Assembly: GCA_963712115.1 (NCBI GenBank)
Contig: CAVQGX010000027.1
Location: forward strand, 1-64,000
Reading direction: 5' to 3'
Source: an uncultured delta proteobacterium
GTDB taxonomy: Bacteria; Desulfobacterota; Syntrophobacteria; BM002
DNA: 64,000 nt
The notes under the pieces: model-generated
The model's database searches: none
What the model was told of the DNA's origin: nothing
What the model saw: the letters and a program-made list of their open reading frames with translations, nothing else
Program-made: the position numbers and the translations under genes
In this document: in pieces, positions 29,076 to 38,730 of the stretch
How positions within the stretch are numbered: position 1 is the stretch's first letter
Layout: each line of letters opens with the position of its first letter

Positions 29076-29579
29076 ATGGACACTGCGGACGAACTAGTGA
29101 TCATCGTGGATAAAGAAAACAATGAGGTGGAGGTTGTGCCCCGGCGAGAGATGCGGTCGCGCCGGCTCCGACACCGGGCAACATATATCTTGGTTTTCAA
29201 CGCCCAGGGCGAGCTCTTCGTGCAGAAACGCACTCAGACCAAAGACGTTTTCCCAGGATACTATGACATAGCTGCAGGGGGTGTGGTGTTGGCAGGAGAG
29301 AGCTATGAAGAAGGAGCGATCCGTGAACTCGAGGAGGAATTGGGAATCCGGGAAACACCACTGACCTCGCTTTTCGATTTTTATTATGAAGATGAACACA
29401 TTCGATTGTGGGGCAGGGCCTTTTCTTGTGAGTACGATGGTGAGCTGGTCTTACAAGAGGAAGAGGTTGAAAGCGGTGAGTTCATGAGGGTAGACGAGGT
29501 GTTTCGACTGGCTAACACTGAGCAGTTCACACCGGACTGCCTGTATGTGCTCCAGCGTTATCTCGAGGTTCGGAGGTGA
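29076..29579 (+). CDS. NUDIX hydrolase (YfcD/IPP-isomerase-like)
   Basis: GGVVLAGESYEEGAIRELEEELG Nudix box. Confidence 0.93.
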   Translation: MDTADELVIIVDKENNEVEVVPRREMRSRRLRHRATYILVFNAQGELFVQKRTQTKDVFPGYYDIAAGGVVLAGESYEEGAIRELEEELGIRETPLTSLFDFYYEDEHIRLWGRAFSCEYDGELVLQEEEVESGEFMRVDEVFRLANTEQFTPDCLYVLQRYLEVRR

Positions 29580-29595
29580 AGGAGGTGGATGGAGC

Positions 29596-29997
29596 GTGAC
29601 CGACAAAATACAGATTCGAACGTTGCCCATTACAGAGAAGTTCATGGGGCAAAAAAGGCTGATTCAGGAAAGAGGTGAGCTTGCCCTCATCGAAGATGGC
29701 AAGTCATTTCAACATCTTGGTTATTTTAGCCTGAAAAAGGGCAAAGGATATTACCGGGGCGGTCACTATCACCGCAGCAAGGTGGAACATTTCTACGTGG
29801 TGAGAGGTAAAATCCGAGTTCACCTTGTGGATCTCGACAGCAAAATGAAATCTATAGTCACCCTGCAAGAAGGGCAACTCGCTACCATTTATCCCGACTG
29901 CGCCCATCGGTTTGAAGCAGAGGAAGAGGCACAGGTGATAGAGTACTATGATTCCGTATACGACCCGGAGGATGATGTTCCCTACGGCGATTTTTAA
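29596..29997 (+). CDS. Cupin domain protein (sugar isomerase/epimerase-like)
   Basis: RGGHYH...EHFYVVRG...AH. Confidence 0.82.
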   Translation: MTDKIQIRTLPITEKFMGQKRLIQERGELALIEDGKSFQHLGYFSLKKGKGYYRGGHYHRSKVEHFYVVRGKIRVHLVDLDSKMKSIVTLQEGQLATIYPDCAHRFEAEEEAQVIEYYDSVYDPEDDVPYGDF

Positions 29998-30076
29998 GTT
30001 GCTCAGAGTATGTCGCGTAACCTTTGCCCTACCTAGGTAGCCATTGTGGCGCTCGAGTACAGGGGGCCGGAAAAAG

Positions 30077-30189
30077 CTGGAGTAATGGAGTGGTGGAGCA
30101 ATGGAGTACTGGAAAAAGCTAAAATACGAAACTCCATGGATTATAAGCTTCCTTCAGCATTCCAATACTCCAACACTCCAACACTCCAG
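30077..30189. repeat. Octamer-armed palindromic element (TGGAGTNN)n...(NNACTCCA)n
   Basis: Shares its arms and tggaaaaagctaaaa with 52221-52331. Confidence 0.85.
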
Positions 30190-30305
30190 GGAGGTAACAT
30201 CGGGTGTGGACATCGCCTGCCGGTATTGGATAAGTTGAAAAAGACTAGGGGACATAAACCCATTTTTCTGATAATGTCGGTGCATTTCTGCCAGGTTTTA
30301 ATAGC

Positions 30306-31508
30306 ATGAACATGACGGATTCCTCCAAATCTCAGCCACTTCTGTTGATGGTAGCCGGGGCCAAAGGGGCTGTAGGGTCCACTCTTGCGGTTGTGGCTGC
30401 GGCTATGTCACAGCGACCCGAGTCGATTCTACCGAGCTTGACAACGGCACAGATGCTCTCTGATCTCCTTCCTTCCAAGCCTGTTCATATGGTGGGCTGG
30501 GACTTGAACGATAGGACGTTCCTTGAATGTATCGAAGCGCACGGGGTGCTGCCAAAAGAGCTGTGGAAGCCATACGAGGGCCAACTCGATCAGGTTAAAG
30601 TGCACTTACCCCCTGAGGCCAGCCTAGACCTCCCTGGTCAAGTGGAAAGACTTAAACAAGACATATTAGCTTTCAAAGAACAATACCCTCATGCCAAGGG
30701 TGTTTTTATTAACTTATTGCCAGCTGCTCCAACAAGAGATCTAAACCAGTTAGAGGATCTTTCCCAACTATATTCGGAGCTTGCCCCGGAAGATCTCCCA
30801 GACCTTCCTTACACTATTGCGGCTATCCTCGCCGGGGTGCCGATTGTGAATTTCACTCCCAACCAAGTAGAAATTCCTCCTGTAATCAAAGAAGCTATCA
30901 AACGAGGAGTACCCATATCCGGGCGGGATGGCAAGACCGGCCAAACCTATTTAAAGGTGGTCCTGGCTTCCGCTTTGAAAGCCAGAAATCTCATTGTGGA
31001 TGGGTGGTATAGTCTGAACATCCTCGGCAATCAGGACGGGAAGAACCTGATGGATCCCCATAGGGCCGCTGGCAAGCTGTCGAACAAGACCGATATATTG
31101 GACGATATCATGGGCTATCAGGTGGGGGATAGATATGGCGTTTCTTCCCACAAGGTTAAGATAGACTACTATCCCCCCAGGGGTGACGCCAAAGAAGCAT
31201 GGGATGTGATTGACTTCCTTGGCGTATTTGGGCTGCCAATGAGCCTGCGCTTGAATTTGCAGGGCCGAGATTCGGTTCTGGCGGCTCCTCTGGTACTGGA
31301 TCTCGCACGCTGGATGATTGTCCTGCAAATGGCCGGTCGTTCTGGGCCGGTTCCAGAATTGGCATTTTACTATAAACAGCCGGTGGGCCATGAGCCCCCG
31401 CTGACTTTCCAGGACCAGGTTGCCGTCCTTCGGGAGTTGGGATTGTGGTGCCACCAGAGAATCCTGAAGGACAGGGAGCAGCGGCCAGCAGGCAGCAGGC
31501 AGCGTTGA
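30306..31508 (+). CDS. ino1: Myo-inositol-1-phosphate synthase family protein
   Basis: GAKGAVGST, GRDGKTGQT, NILGNQDG, YYPPRGDAK, RDSVLAAPLVLDL. Confidence 0.9.
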   Translation: MNMTDSSKSQPLLLMVAGAKGAVGSTLAVVAAAMSQRPESILPSLTTAQMLSDLLPSKPVHMVGWDLNDRTFLECIEAHGVLPKELWKPYEGQLDQVKVHLPPEASLDLPGQVERLKQDILAFKEQYPHAKGVFINLLPAAPTRDLNQLEDLSQLYSELAPEDLPDLPYTIAAILAGVPIVNFTPNQVEIPPVIKEAIKRGVPISGRDGKTGQTYLKVVLASALKARNLIVDGWYSLNILGNQDGKNLMDPHRAAGKLSNKTDILDDIMGYQVGDRYGVSSHKVKIDYYPPRGDAKEAWDVIDFLGVFGLPMSLRLNLQGRDSVLAAPLVLDLARWMIVLQMAGRSGPVPELAFYYKQPVGHEPPLTFQDQVAVLRELGLWCHQRILKDREQRPAGSRQR

Positions 31509-31710
31509 GTCATTTGGCTTCGCCGTCACTACGCTACGCTGTCATTATGCCTTCGGCGTCATTTATGGTCATTAGGTCAATACGCTCCGCTGTCATTCAT
31601 AGTTAACTGTTGGCGTTGAAACAACTTATGCGGCCGTAAGGCAGACGGGCGCCAGCCCTATGACAACGAAGCGCACATGCGCGAAGTGTAATGACTTGTG
31701 GGTGCCCAGT
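31493..31710. repeat. ~220-230-bp TGAC/mini-hairpin element, copy B (inverted)
   Basis: Reverse complement of 26095-26324; overlaps the ino1 stop codon. Confidence 0.92.
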
Positions 31711-31770
31711 GTCTAAGTTAATACCAAGGTCTAACGTTTACCTGATATTTCGGCGTTAGATTCAGAGGAC

Positions 31771-32626
31771 TTGAAGATGATCCTGGGTTACAGCACCAAC
31801 GCCTTCGTGAAATTCTCCCTACTGGAAGCAGTAGAAAAAATAGCCCACCTGGGCTTCCGTGGCGTAGAGATCATGTGCGACAGGCCACACCTTTATCCAC
31901 CAGATTACGGAGAGGAAAAATTGGCCCACCTCAAATTCTTGATCAACCAAAGTGGTCTCAAGGTCACAAATCTGAACAGCTTTACCTTATTTGCGGTTGG
32001 GGATACCTACCTGCCCTCTTGGATCGAACCACAGGAGGAAAGGCGAGAGATCAGAATTCAACACACCCTGCAATGCTTAGGGCTCGCCGATTTTTTCAGC
32101 TGTATGAATATTTCCGTTCCGCCGGGCGGACCTCTGGCCAACATGGCGAGAAAAGAGGCCATGTCCTTGTTTCATCAAGGACTAGCACGGGTCGCTCCAC
32201 TGGCCGAGGAATTGGGCATAAAGATCTTGGTTGAGCCGGAGCCCGAACTCTTGTTGGAAAATACCGGGGAATTCAAGGAGTTCATCAAAGATGTCGAGTC
32301 ACCTGCCATTGGAATTAATTTCGATATTGGACACTTCTTTTGTGCTGGCGAGGACCCAAGTGCTGCCTTTGAAGAGCTTTTCGAGTGGATTGGACACGTT
32401 CACCTCGAAGACATTGCTGCAACACGGGTCCACAATCACCTCATACTCGGACACGGAGCCATCAAGTTGTCGGAAGTTTTCAAAACTATGACCAGGCTGG
32501 GATACCAGGGCGACGTCAGCCTTGAACTTTACCCGTATGTGGATACGCCCGAGGAAGCAGGCCGTGAAAGTCTTTCATTATCTCCGTTCTCTTCTCAAAG
32601 AAACAGGGATTCAATTAGACATCTGA
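31771..32626 (+). CDS. Sugar phosphate isomerase/epimerase (xylose-isomerase-like TIM barrel); apparent +1 T near 32574
   Basis: VEPEP, NFDIGH, HVHLED, HLILGHG and SLELYP metal motifs; removing one T gives ESLHYLRSLLKETGIQLDI*. Confidence 0.88.
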
Positions 32627-32701
32627 CAATCTCAAGAAAAGCCCATAATAAGCTGTTCTGTAAGTGTTTCCCTTGCAATTCTTAGATATTTTATTTAATC
32701 A

Positions 32702-32965
32702 TAGAAAACCTGGTCCCCGTTCAAGTTTCAATGGCTTTGCCTTTAAAGAGGTTTCAGTGTTCAGGTTTCAGGTTTTACCCTTTATTTTTCTTTTTACTGA
32801 CACCTGACACCTGACACCTGACACCTAGAACCCTGAGATTTGGTGCTTGGAATTTGGGATTTCATATACTCCACCACTCTATTATTCCAGCATACCGCCA
32901 CATGAGGGAAAGACCATTGTAACCCCCTCTGGGGCTTGCTAAGTCCTCGGGGCCCGAATTCTTCA
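32702..32965. repeat. Composite element, copy 1 (AAACCTGG...GAATTCTT)
   Basis: Collinear with 35945-36232; contains TGACACC 7-mers and ACTCCA 8-mers. Confidence 0.75.
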
Positions 32966-33007
32966 CTTCAGTTCATTTTATCTAGTTGCTCTCAGGAGGA
33001 GGACGTA

Positions 33008-33772
33008 GTGAAAACGGATCTAGCTAAATTTCAAGATGCACTGGTTAGACATGTGCGGTTGGGGAGCTTCCCGGTGGCAGTGCGAATGGTGAAACCGGGC
33101 GAGACTTTACCGGAAATGGTTAAACGCCCCGCACACGATCTGCAGATTACGGTCGCAACCTGCCAGGCCATTGCCATGGCAAGACGCTACGGCTGGGTTT
33201 TGGCCATAGGGGAAGAGGATATCTCATGTCCGTTGACCGCAGTTGCTTTTGGTTTTCGGCGACCGAGCGAGTTCTATGTAAAAGGCCAGGCCTGCGCTGG
33301 GATGTACACTGAAACTGAAGAGGCCGGAATGCTCTCAGAGGAACAGGTAGAGAAATTCTCCTTCGGGGAATATCAATACATACTGGTGGCCCCACTTCAC
33401 AGGACCGTTTTCGACCCCGAAGTGATAATAGTGTATGCAAACCCCGCCCAGGTTCTTAGACTGCTGACGGCAGCCCTGTGGAAATCTGGTGGACGTCTGA
33501 CCTCTAGTTTCGGGGGTCGAATTGACTGTGCAGAAGAGATTATTGTGCCCCGCCAATCGGAAAAATGTGAACTTATTCTCCCCTGTTATGGTGACCGCAT
33601 CTTTGCCCAAACCCAAGACCACGAGATGGCTTTTTCCATTCCCATATCTCGGGTTGAAGAAATCATAGACGGTTTGGAGGGGACGCATAAAGGGGGAGTG
33701 CGATATCCCATTCCCTCCTTTTTGCGTTATACCGGCGAGTTTCCAGAACATTACAAGAAGGCGGTGGAATAG
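33008..33772 (+). CDS. DUF169 domain protein
   Basis: PVAV, CQAIAMARRYG, ISCP, NPAQ, LPCYGDR, EMAF. Confidence 0.85.
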   Translation: MKTDLAKFQDALVRHVRLGSFPVAVRMVKPGETLPEMVKRPAHDLQITVATCQAIAMARRYGWVLAIGEEDISCPLTAVAFGFRRPSEFYVKGQACAGMYTETEEAGMLSEEQVEKFSFGEYQYILVAPLHRTVFDPEVIIVYANPAQVLRLLTAALWKSGGRLTSSFGGRIDCAEEIIVPRQSEKCELILPCYGDRIFAQTQDHEMAFSIPISRVEEIIDGLEGTHKGGVRYPIPSFLRYTGEFPEHYKKAVE

Positions 33773-33985
33773 CATAGCGCATAGCGCATGGAGCATGGAA
33801 TCAGAGGTCAGAGAACGGAGATCAGAGGTCAGTTAGGAGCCAGAATGCAGAATCCAGAATTCAGGAGAAAAGCAATCAAAAAAGAATTTTTCTCAACTAC
33901 TGGCTACCGGCTACTGACTTGATCTAAGCTTTTGCCTTAGGCCTTGTGCCTTGCGCCCTGAGCCTTTAAATCTATGCGCTATGCG
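33771..33985. repeat. Nested heptamer repeat cluster
   Basis: GCGCATA arms at both ends enclose AGAGGTC, CAGAATN, GGCTACT and GCCTTGN arrays. Confidence 0.8.
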
Positions 33986-34000
33986 TGTTGGGAACCAACA

Positions 34001-35014
34001 ATGTCCGACCGAGAAACTCTTGATCTGCAAAATTTCTATTTTCGTGGCCTTCACCCCCGCCTGTTCTTGGGAACGGCCAGCGACCGATATGCGGGTTGGC
34101 TAGGTCAGATCTACTCAGAAGAACGCTACACCGATAGAATCACCCGCAGGAAAAAAACCTTGGGCAAAATGTCATTCGTGGAGGAGGTTCTCCCAGTGGA
34201 TAGTGTTGAGGAGTACTTCCAACATTTCCGAGTCCTCGAGCTGGATTTTACCTTTTATCGCCTTTTGTTGGAAGAGGATGGACAGCCCACTCCAAATTAC
34301 CACGTACTCCAGAAGTACCGGCAGTACCTGAAAGAAGACGACAATGTCATAGTCAAGGTCCCCCAGGAAGTTTGCGCGCAAAAGATGTGGCGTGGGGGTA
34401 AGTTCGTCGAAAACAATAGCTATTTAAATCAAGATATCTTCACCCGGCAATTTTATGATCCGGCAGTGACCATCTTGGGTCCTTTCCTCACCGGGTTCAT
34501 TTTTGAGCAAGAATACCAACGTAAAAAGGATCGCTCCTCTCCAAAGGACCTGGCAGCAGACCTCGAGCTGTTTTTCGAGGAGATCCCGAAAGATAACCGC
34601 TACCACTTAGAATTGAGAACTGAGCCTTACCTTACTGATCCGGTGTTCAAGGTCATGGAAAAACATGGGGTTGGGCAGGTGCTGTCGCACTGGACCTGGC
34701 TTCCCTCCATTGGCAAGCAGTTCGCCAAATCAGGACGGAGATTTTTCAACTCCGGCGGCCAAAGCATAATCCGTTTGATGACCCCCCGTGGGGCACGTTA
34801 CGAAGAGGCCTACGGTCAAGCACATCCCTTCAACACCTTGGTGCCCTCCATGTTACACCCATCAATGGTAGAGGAGACAGCTGAGCTGATATGGGAAGCA
34901 ATTGATAACAATATTCGCATAAACATAATTGTGAACAACCGGGCCGGAGGAAACGCGCCTCTGGTGGCACAGCAAATTGGACTGCGGTTCTTGGAAATGG
35001 GTAAAAAGACATAG
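34001..35014 (+). CDS. DUF72 domain protein
   Basis: LGTAS...W, ELDFTFY, VKVP, ELR, NNRAGGNAP. Confidence 0.82.
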   Translation: MSDRETLDLQNFYFRGLHPRLFLGTASDRYAGWLGQIYSEERYTDRITRRKKTLGKMSFVEEVLPVDSVEEYFQHFRVLELDFTFYRLLLEEDGQPTPNYHVLQKYRQYLKEDDNVIVKVPQEVCAQKMWRGGKFVENNSYLNQDIFTRQFYDPAVTILGPFLTGFIFEQEYQRKKDRSSPKDLAADLELFFEEIPKDNRYHLELRTEPYLTDPVFKVMEKHGVGQVLSHWTWLPSIGKQFAKSGRRFFNSGGQSIIRLMTPRGARYEEAYGQAHPFNTLVPSMLHPSMVEETAELIWEAIDNNIRINIIVNNRAGGNAPLVAQQIGLRFLEMGKKT

Positions 35015-35248
35015 ATGAGTTTAGCTCCACGAGGGACGATAATATTAGATAGCAGCTTGCAGCAGGCAGCAGACAGCAATAATCTTGATGATGACAAATA
35101 AAATAAAGAGGATTAAAAAAGCTTCATGTCCAAATAAAATCCAATACTCCAGTACTCCACCACTCCATTACTCCGACCCGACCGTTGGAGTCTCAGACCA
35201 TAGATTTTCTATAGTCACCCGCCTACAAACATACTCCCCGCAGCTAGT

Positions 35249-35935
35249 TCAGTAAAACACTTCCGTGTGGATCAGGGACCCGGGAAACCGCTCATCCACC
35301 AACAGGGTTACATCTCGGATCATCTCCTGTCGCCCGCATAAATAAAAGTCATAGACATTTGGAGGTAGATGTTCTGCAAGATAACGGCTAACTCTGCCGC
35401 GGAAAACATTTTCATCACTGCCGGCTTCATCTGCATCTGGAGCTAAACAAGGGATGTAAAGGCGAGCGGTTCGGCGAAAAATATCTTGGTAATACAAGCT
35501 CTTTGCCTCGTGCACACCATGGAGGAGAGTAAAGTCGGTTATACCACTACGGATCATAGAAAGAAAAGGGGCTATGCCTGTTCCAGTGGCGACAAAGACA
35601 GCAGGCTTGTCTGAGGGGCGATAAGTGAAATATCCGAGAGGGCCAGCGAAAGAGAGGCTGGTGCCCGGTTCGGCTGAAGCGAGTGTAGGTGAATACTCAC
35701 CCCCTTCGATCTTTTTTAAGCAGAGGGCGAGGGTAGGATCATTTGGTGCAGTGATCAACGAGTAATCCCGGTGAATGGCACCATGGAAGAGGCGGATACG
35801 CTGTCCAGCCATGAACTGAAAGGTGGAAGGCTTGGAGAGCATTACCTCAAAAACTTTGTCTGTAAGCCAAAGCCGATCAAGTACTTCGGTGGAATAAATC
35901 TGAACATCTTGTTCTTTTGAGGTCAATAGTTGCAT
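35249..35935 (-). CDS. FAD/NAD(P)-binding oxidoreductase (FNR-like)
   Basis: RDYS, GPLGYF, ATGTGIAPF, YLCG, EVFY. Confidence 0.9.
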   Translation of the reverse strand: MQLLTSKEQDVQIYSTEVLDRLWLTDKVFEVMLSKPSTFQFMAGQRIRLFHGAIHRDYSLITAPNDPTLALCLKKIEGGEYSPTLASAEPGTSLSFAGPLGYFTYRPSDKPAVFVATGTGIAPFLSMIRSGITDFTLLHGVHEAKSLYYQDIFRRTARLYIPCLAPDADEAGSDENVFRGRVSRYLAEHLPPNVYDFYLCGRQEMIRDVTLLVDERFPGSLIHTEVFY

Positions 35936-35944
35936 TAGGGTCCC

Positions 35945-36232
35945 GGAAACCTGGTCCTTCCCCGCATAGCGGGATCTTCGATGGACCAGGTCAGAGTTTA
36001 CTGAGGTTTCAGTGTTCAGGTCTATCATTTCTGAAAACTGACACCTGACACCTGAAACCTTAAGATTTGGTGCTTGAGATTTGTTATTTTAAAATGCTCC
36101 ACCACTCCATTACTCCAGGAGACTCACGTATCAAGGAAAGACCCATAAAGCCCTCTCTGGTGGCAGCTCAAAGCCAGGTCCTCCCTCCGGGCCGTAGGCC
36201 CTCTGGGCCGGAGGCTGGGCCTGGATTCTTTA
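35945..36232. repeat. Composite element, copy 2
   Basis: Collinear with 32702-32965; ends in CCTGGATTCTTTA, overlapping a TAA stop. Confidence 0.75.
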
Positions 36233-36799
36233 TTTCTTCCAGAGAGTATCAGGGAGCCCGTGGATCTTGTTGCAAAGCCGAGCAACCACGAAAAGGTAAT
36301 CGGAGAGGCGATTTAGATAAACAATCACATTCCTGAGCTGTTCAGAGTCCTCACTCCCAGTTTGAGTTGTCGAAAGCCTCACCACATGTCTCTCGGCTCT
36401 GCGGCACACAGTTCTTGCCACGTGAGCCCAGGCAGCCGAGATGTGCCCCCCAGGGAGAAGAAAATCCTTCAGGGTGGGAAGACTCTCATCTATTCGATCA
36501 ATGGCATCTTCCAGACCCTTGCTTTGCTCTTCGGTAATTTCCTCGAGTTCTGCTGAAACCGGCGAACCAGGGGTGACAGCGAGGCGGGCTCCAATGTGCA
36601 AGAGAACCGATTGAATCTGCTTTAATTCTTCTACTAGTTCAGCTTCCGTGGGCGGCAGTGCGGCAATTAAGCCTCCCAAAAAGCTGTTCAGTTCATCCAC
36701 GTCCCCGTAAGCTTCGACCTGGAGGTCTGATTTACTCACGCGCTCACCGCTGAAAAGGCTGGTTTTACCGCGATCACCACTACCTGTGTAGATTTTCAT
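36230..36799 (-). CDS. ATP:cob(I)alamin adenosyltransferase (PduO type)
   Basis: KIYTGSGDRGKTSL, YGDVDELNS, FLLPGG, CRRAER, YLNRLSDYLF. Confidence 0.95.
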   Translation of the reverse strand: MKIYTGSGDRGKTSLFSGERVSKSDLQVEAYGDVDELNSFLGGLIAALPPTEAELVEELKQIQSVLLHIGARLAVTPGSPVSAELEEITEEQSKGLEDAIDRIDESLPTLKDFLLPGGHISAAWAHVARTVCRRAERHVVRLSTTQTGSEDSEQLRNVIVYLNRLSDYLFVVARLCNKIHGLPDTLWKK

Positions 36800-36985
36800 C
36801 TTTTACCCCCTCGCTGAAGGCGGCATAATTGTTATTAGTGTCATACTAGGAAGAAACTCCGGTTAGTCAAGCTGTCGACACATTGAGACTGTTCAATATT
36901 TTTTTAAGCAGAGATCTCAAATAGTTATAACATCATGTTTTGGATGGTTACCCCTAGGAATTCTCGGTAAAAGTCTGTTTATGCC

Positions 36986-37080
36986 CTGGATTCCCGCTTT
37001 CGCGGGAATGACGACAGTATGCGATCGCCCGTCATCCTGGTCCCGCATCAAGTGCGGGATAGACTGCGGCGGGGATCCAG
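36986..37080. repeat. Inverted pair of GGATTCCCGC-GCGGGAATGAC palindromic repeats
   Basis: ctggattcccgctttcgcgggaatgac, and gtcatcctg...ggggatccag with a nested hairpin at 37041-37059. Confidence 0.75.
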
Positions 37081-37266
37081 CTAGGTCAAAGCTTCAAGAA
37101 ATTCAAAGACTGAATTATTGAAAAGTCTCAAATTACAGGTGCTAAAGACCTTACCAATCGTTGGTTGCCCTTACCCAGGTGGGTGGCTGTTTTAATGCTA
37201 TTGCATTTCAATCATCCTTCTTATAACCTTAAAAATTAACAAAAAATAATAGAGAGGTGAAAGGCA

Positions 37267-38331
37267 ATGTCTTTATTTCTAAAAAAGGGTTCGAAGAAGG
37301 CCGGTCTTCCACCGGGAACTGTTGTTTTTGTGGGAGAGAAAAAAGTAGAGGAGATTAGGATCACAATTATTGATTACGATGAGCATCAATATGCGGAAAG
37401 AGAAGTCAAGAACATTGAAGAGTGTTTTTCCTTCAAGGATACTCCATCTATCTCGTGGATCAATATAGATGGTGTTCATCAAGTTGACGTTATCGAAAAA
37501 CTCGGGGCTCATTTTGTTCTTCACCCTTTGCTTCAAGAAGATGTGGTGAATACTCATCAAAGGCCAAAATTTGATGAGTATGACGATCATCTGTTTATTG
37601 TCTTGAGGATGTTTTTTTTAAATGAAGAGGAGAATGAACTGCAGGGAGAACAAATCAGTTTAATTGTTGGAGCCAATTTCGTCATCTCCTTTCAGGAGAG
37701 ACAAGGAGATGTTTTCGAGCAAGTCAGAGAAAGGTTGAGAAACGGTAAAGGCCGAATTAGAAAGAAGGGTAGCGATTATCTCGCCTATTCTCTGATTGAT
37801 GCCATCGTGGATAGCTATTACAAGATCCTCGAGGGACTTGGGGAAAACATAGAGTCGTTGCAAGAACAGATGGTGTCCGAGCCCAAGCAAGAAGACCTGC
37901 AAATCATCCAGCACCTAAAGAGGGACATGCTGTTTTTCCGCAAGTCGGTTTGGCCTTTACGTGAGGTAATAGGCGGTTTGGCAAAGAGTGAGTCGACTTT
38001 GATTAAAGAAGACGTTCTAGTTTATGTAAGAGATGTATATGATCATGTAATTCAAGCAATTGATACCATAGAAACCTTTAGAGACATGCTATCTGCCATG
38101 CTGGATATCTATTTATCAAGTGTAGGAAATAGAATGAATCAAGTTATGAAAGTATTAACTATTATTGCAACTATATTTATTCCCATGACTTTTCTGGCCG
38201 GCATATACGGAATGAACTTTAAGTATATGCCAGAACTTGAATGGAAATATGCTTACCTTGTGTTTTGGTTTGTTGTGGTTACAGTATTCATAATAATGAT
38301 AGCCTTGTTTAAGAAAAAGAAATGGTTATGA
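37267..38331 (+). CDS. corA: Magnesium/cobalt transporter CorA
   Basis: GLPPGT, HPLLQED, YGMNF signature, MPEL. Confidence 0.97.
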   Translation: MSLFLKKGSKKAGLPPGTVVFVGEKKVEEIRITIIDYDEHQYAEREVKNIEECFSFKDTPSISWINIDGVHQVDVIEKLGAHFVLHPLLQEDVVNTHQRPKFDEYDDHLFIVLRMFFLNEEENELQGEQISLIVGANFVISFQERQGDVFEQVRERLRNGKGRIRKKGSDYLAYSLIDAIVDSYYKILEGLGENIESLQEQMVSEPKQEDLQIIQHLKRDMLFFRKSVWPLREVIGGLAKSESTLIKEDVLVYVRDVYDHVIQAIDTIETFRDMLSAMLDIYLSSVGNRMNQVMKVLTIIATIFIPMTFLAGIYGMNFKYMPELEWKYAYLVFWFVVVTVFIIMIALFKKKKWL

Positions 38332-38464
38332 AAAGAAGTTCTGATCCCGCTTTCCCGACCACCACTCTATCTCGCCCACGATGAGCGCAGGCCACTCAGC
38401 ATAAGTTTTTCAGATGAGTCATACTCAGTGGGATAGAGGGGTTCGAGGGAGTGAGTAAGAGAGG

Positions 38465-38710
38465 ATGAGCATGGGCATTAAACGTATTGCCACGATTGTT
38501 CTTGGTTTGCTCTACGCCGTTTTCGTTATTCAGAACACCCAGGTGCTGGAGGTGCGCTTTTTGTTCTGGAGCACCCAGGTGTCCAGAGCACTGATTTTGG
38601 CGGGTACATTTGTCTTGGGATTTATTTTCGGGCAATTGTGGAGCTGGATAAGAAGAAAGAAGACCGAGACAACGAACAGGGATACGCCACAACTATCGGA
38701 AGGATCATAA
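38465..38710 (+). CDS. LapA (DUF1049) family small membrane protein
   Basis: FVIQNTQVLEVRFLFW pattern, two TM segments. Confidence 0.8.
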   Translation: MSMGIKRIATIVLGLLYAVFVIQNTQVLEVRFLFWSTQVSRALILAGTFVLGFIFGQLWSWIRRKKTETTNRDTPQLSEGS

Positions 38711-38730
38711 CCTGCACCAAGGAGTCGGCC

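Noticed and set aside
30046-30309. Short ORFs over repeat elements (also 3655-3933, 7065-7319, 23812-24087, 36067-36336, 52221-52436)
   Set aside because: Their translations simply mirror the tandem-repeat periodicity (for example MEWWSNGVLE, LHHSITP) and show no independent sign of coding.
26095-31710. Inverted 230-bp pair as the ends of a composite transposon or invertible segment
   Set aside because: There is no transposase or invertase and no target duplication. ino1 and its isomerase partner stay co-oriented across copy B, and a third partial copy lies elsewhere, so independent insertions are simpler.
38440-38465. GGTTCGA motif as part of a tRNA
   Set aside because: No cloverleaf or acceptor stem surrounds it; no tRNA or rRNA gene was found in the window.
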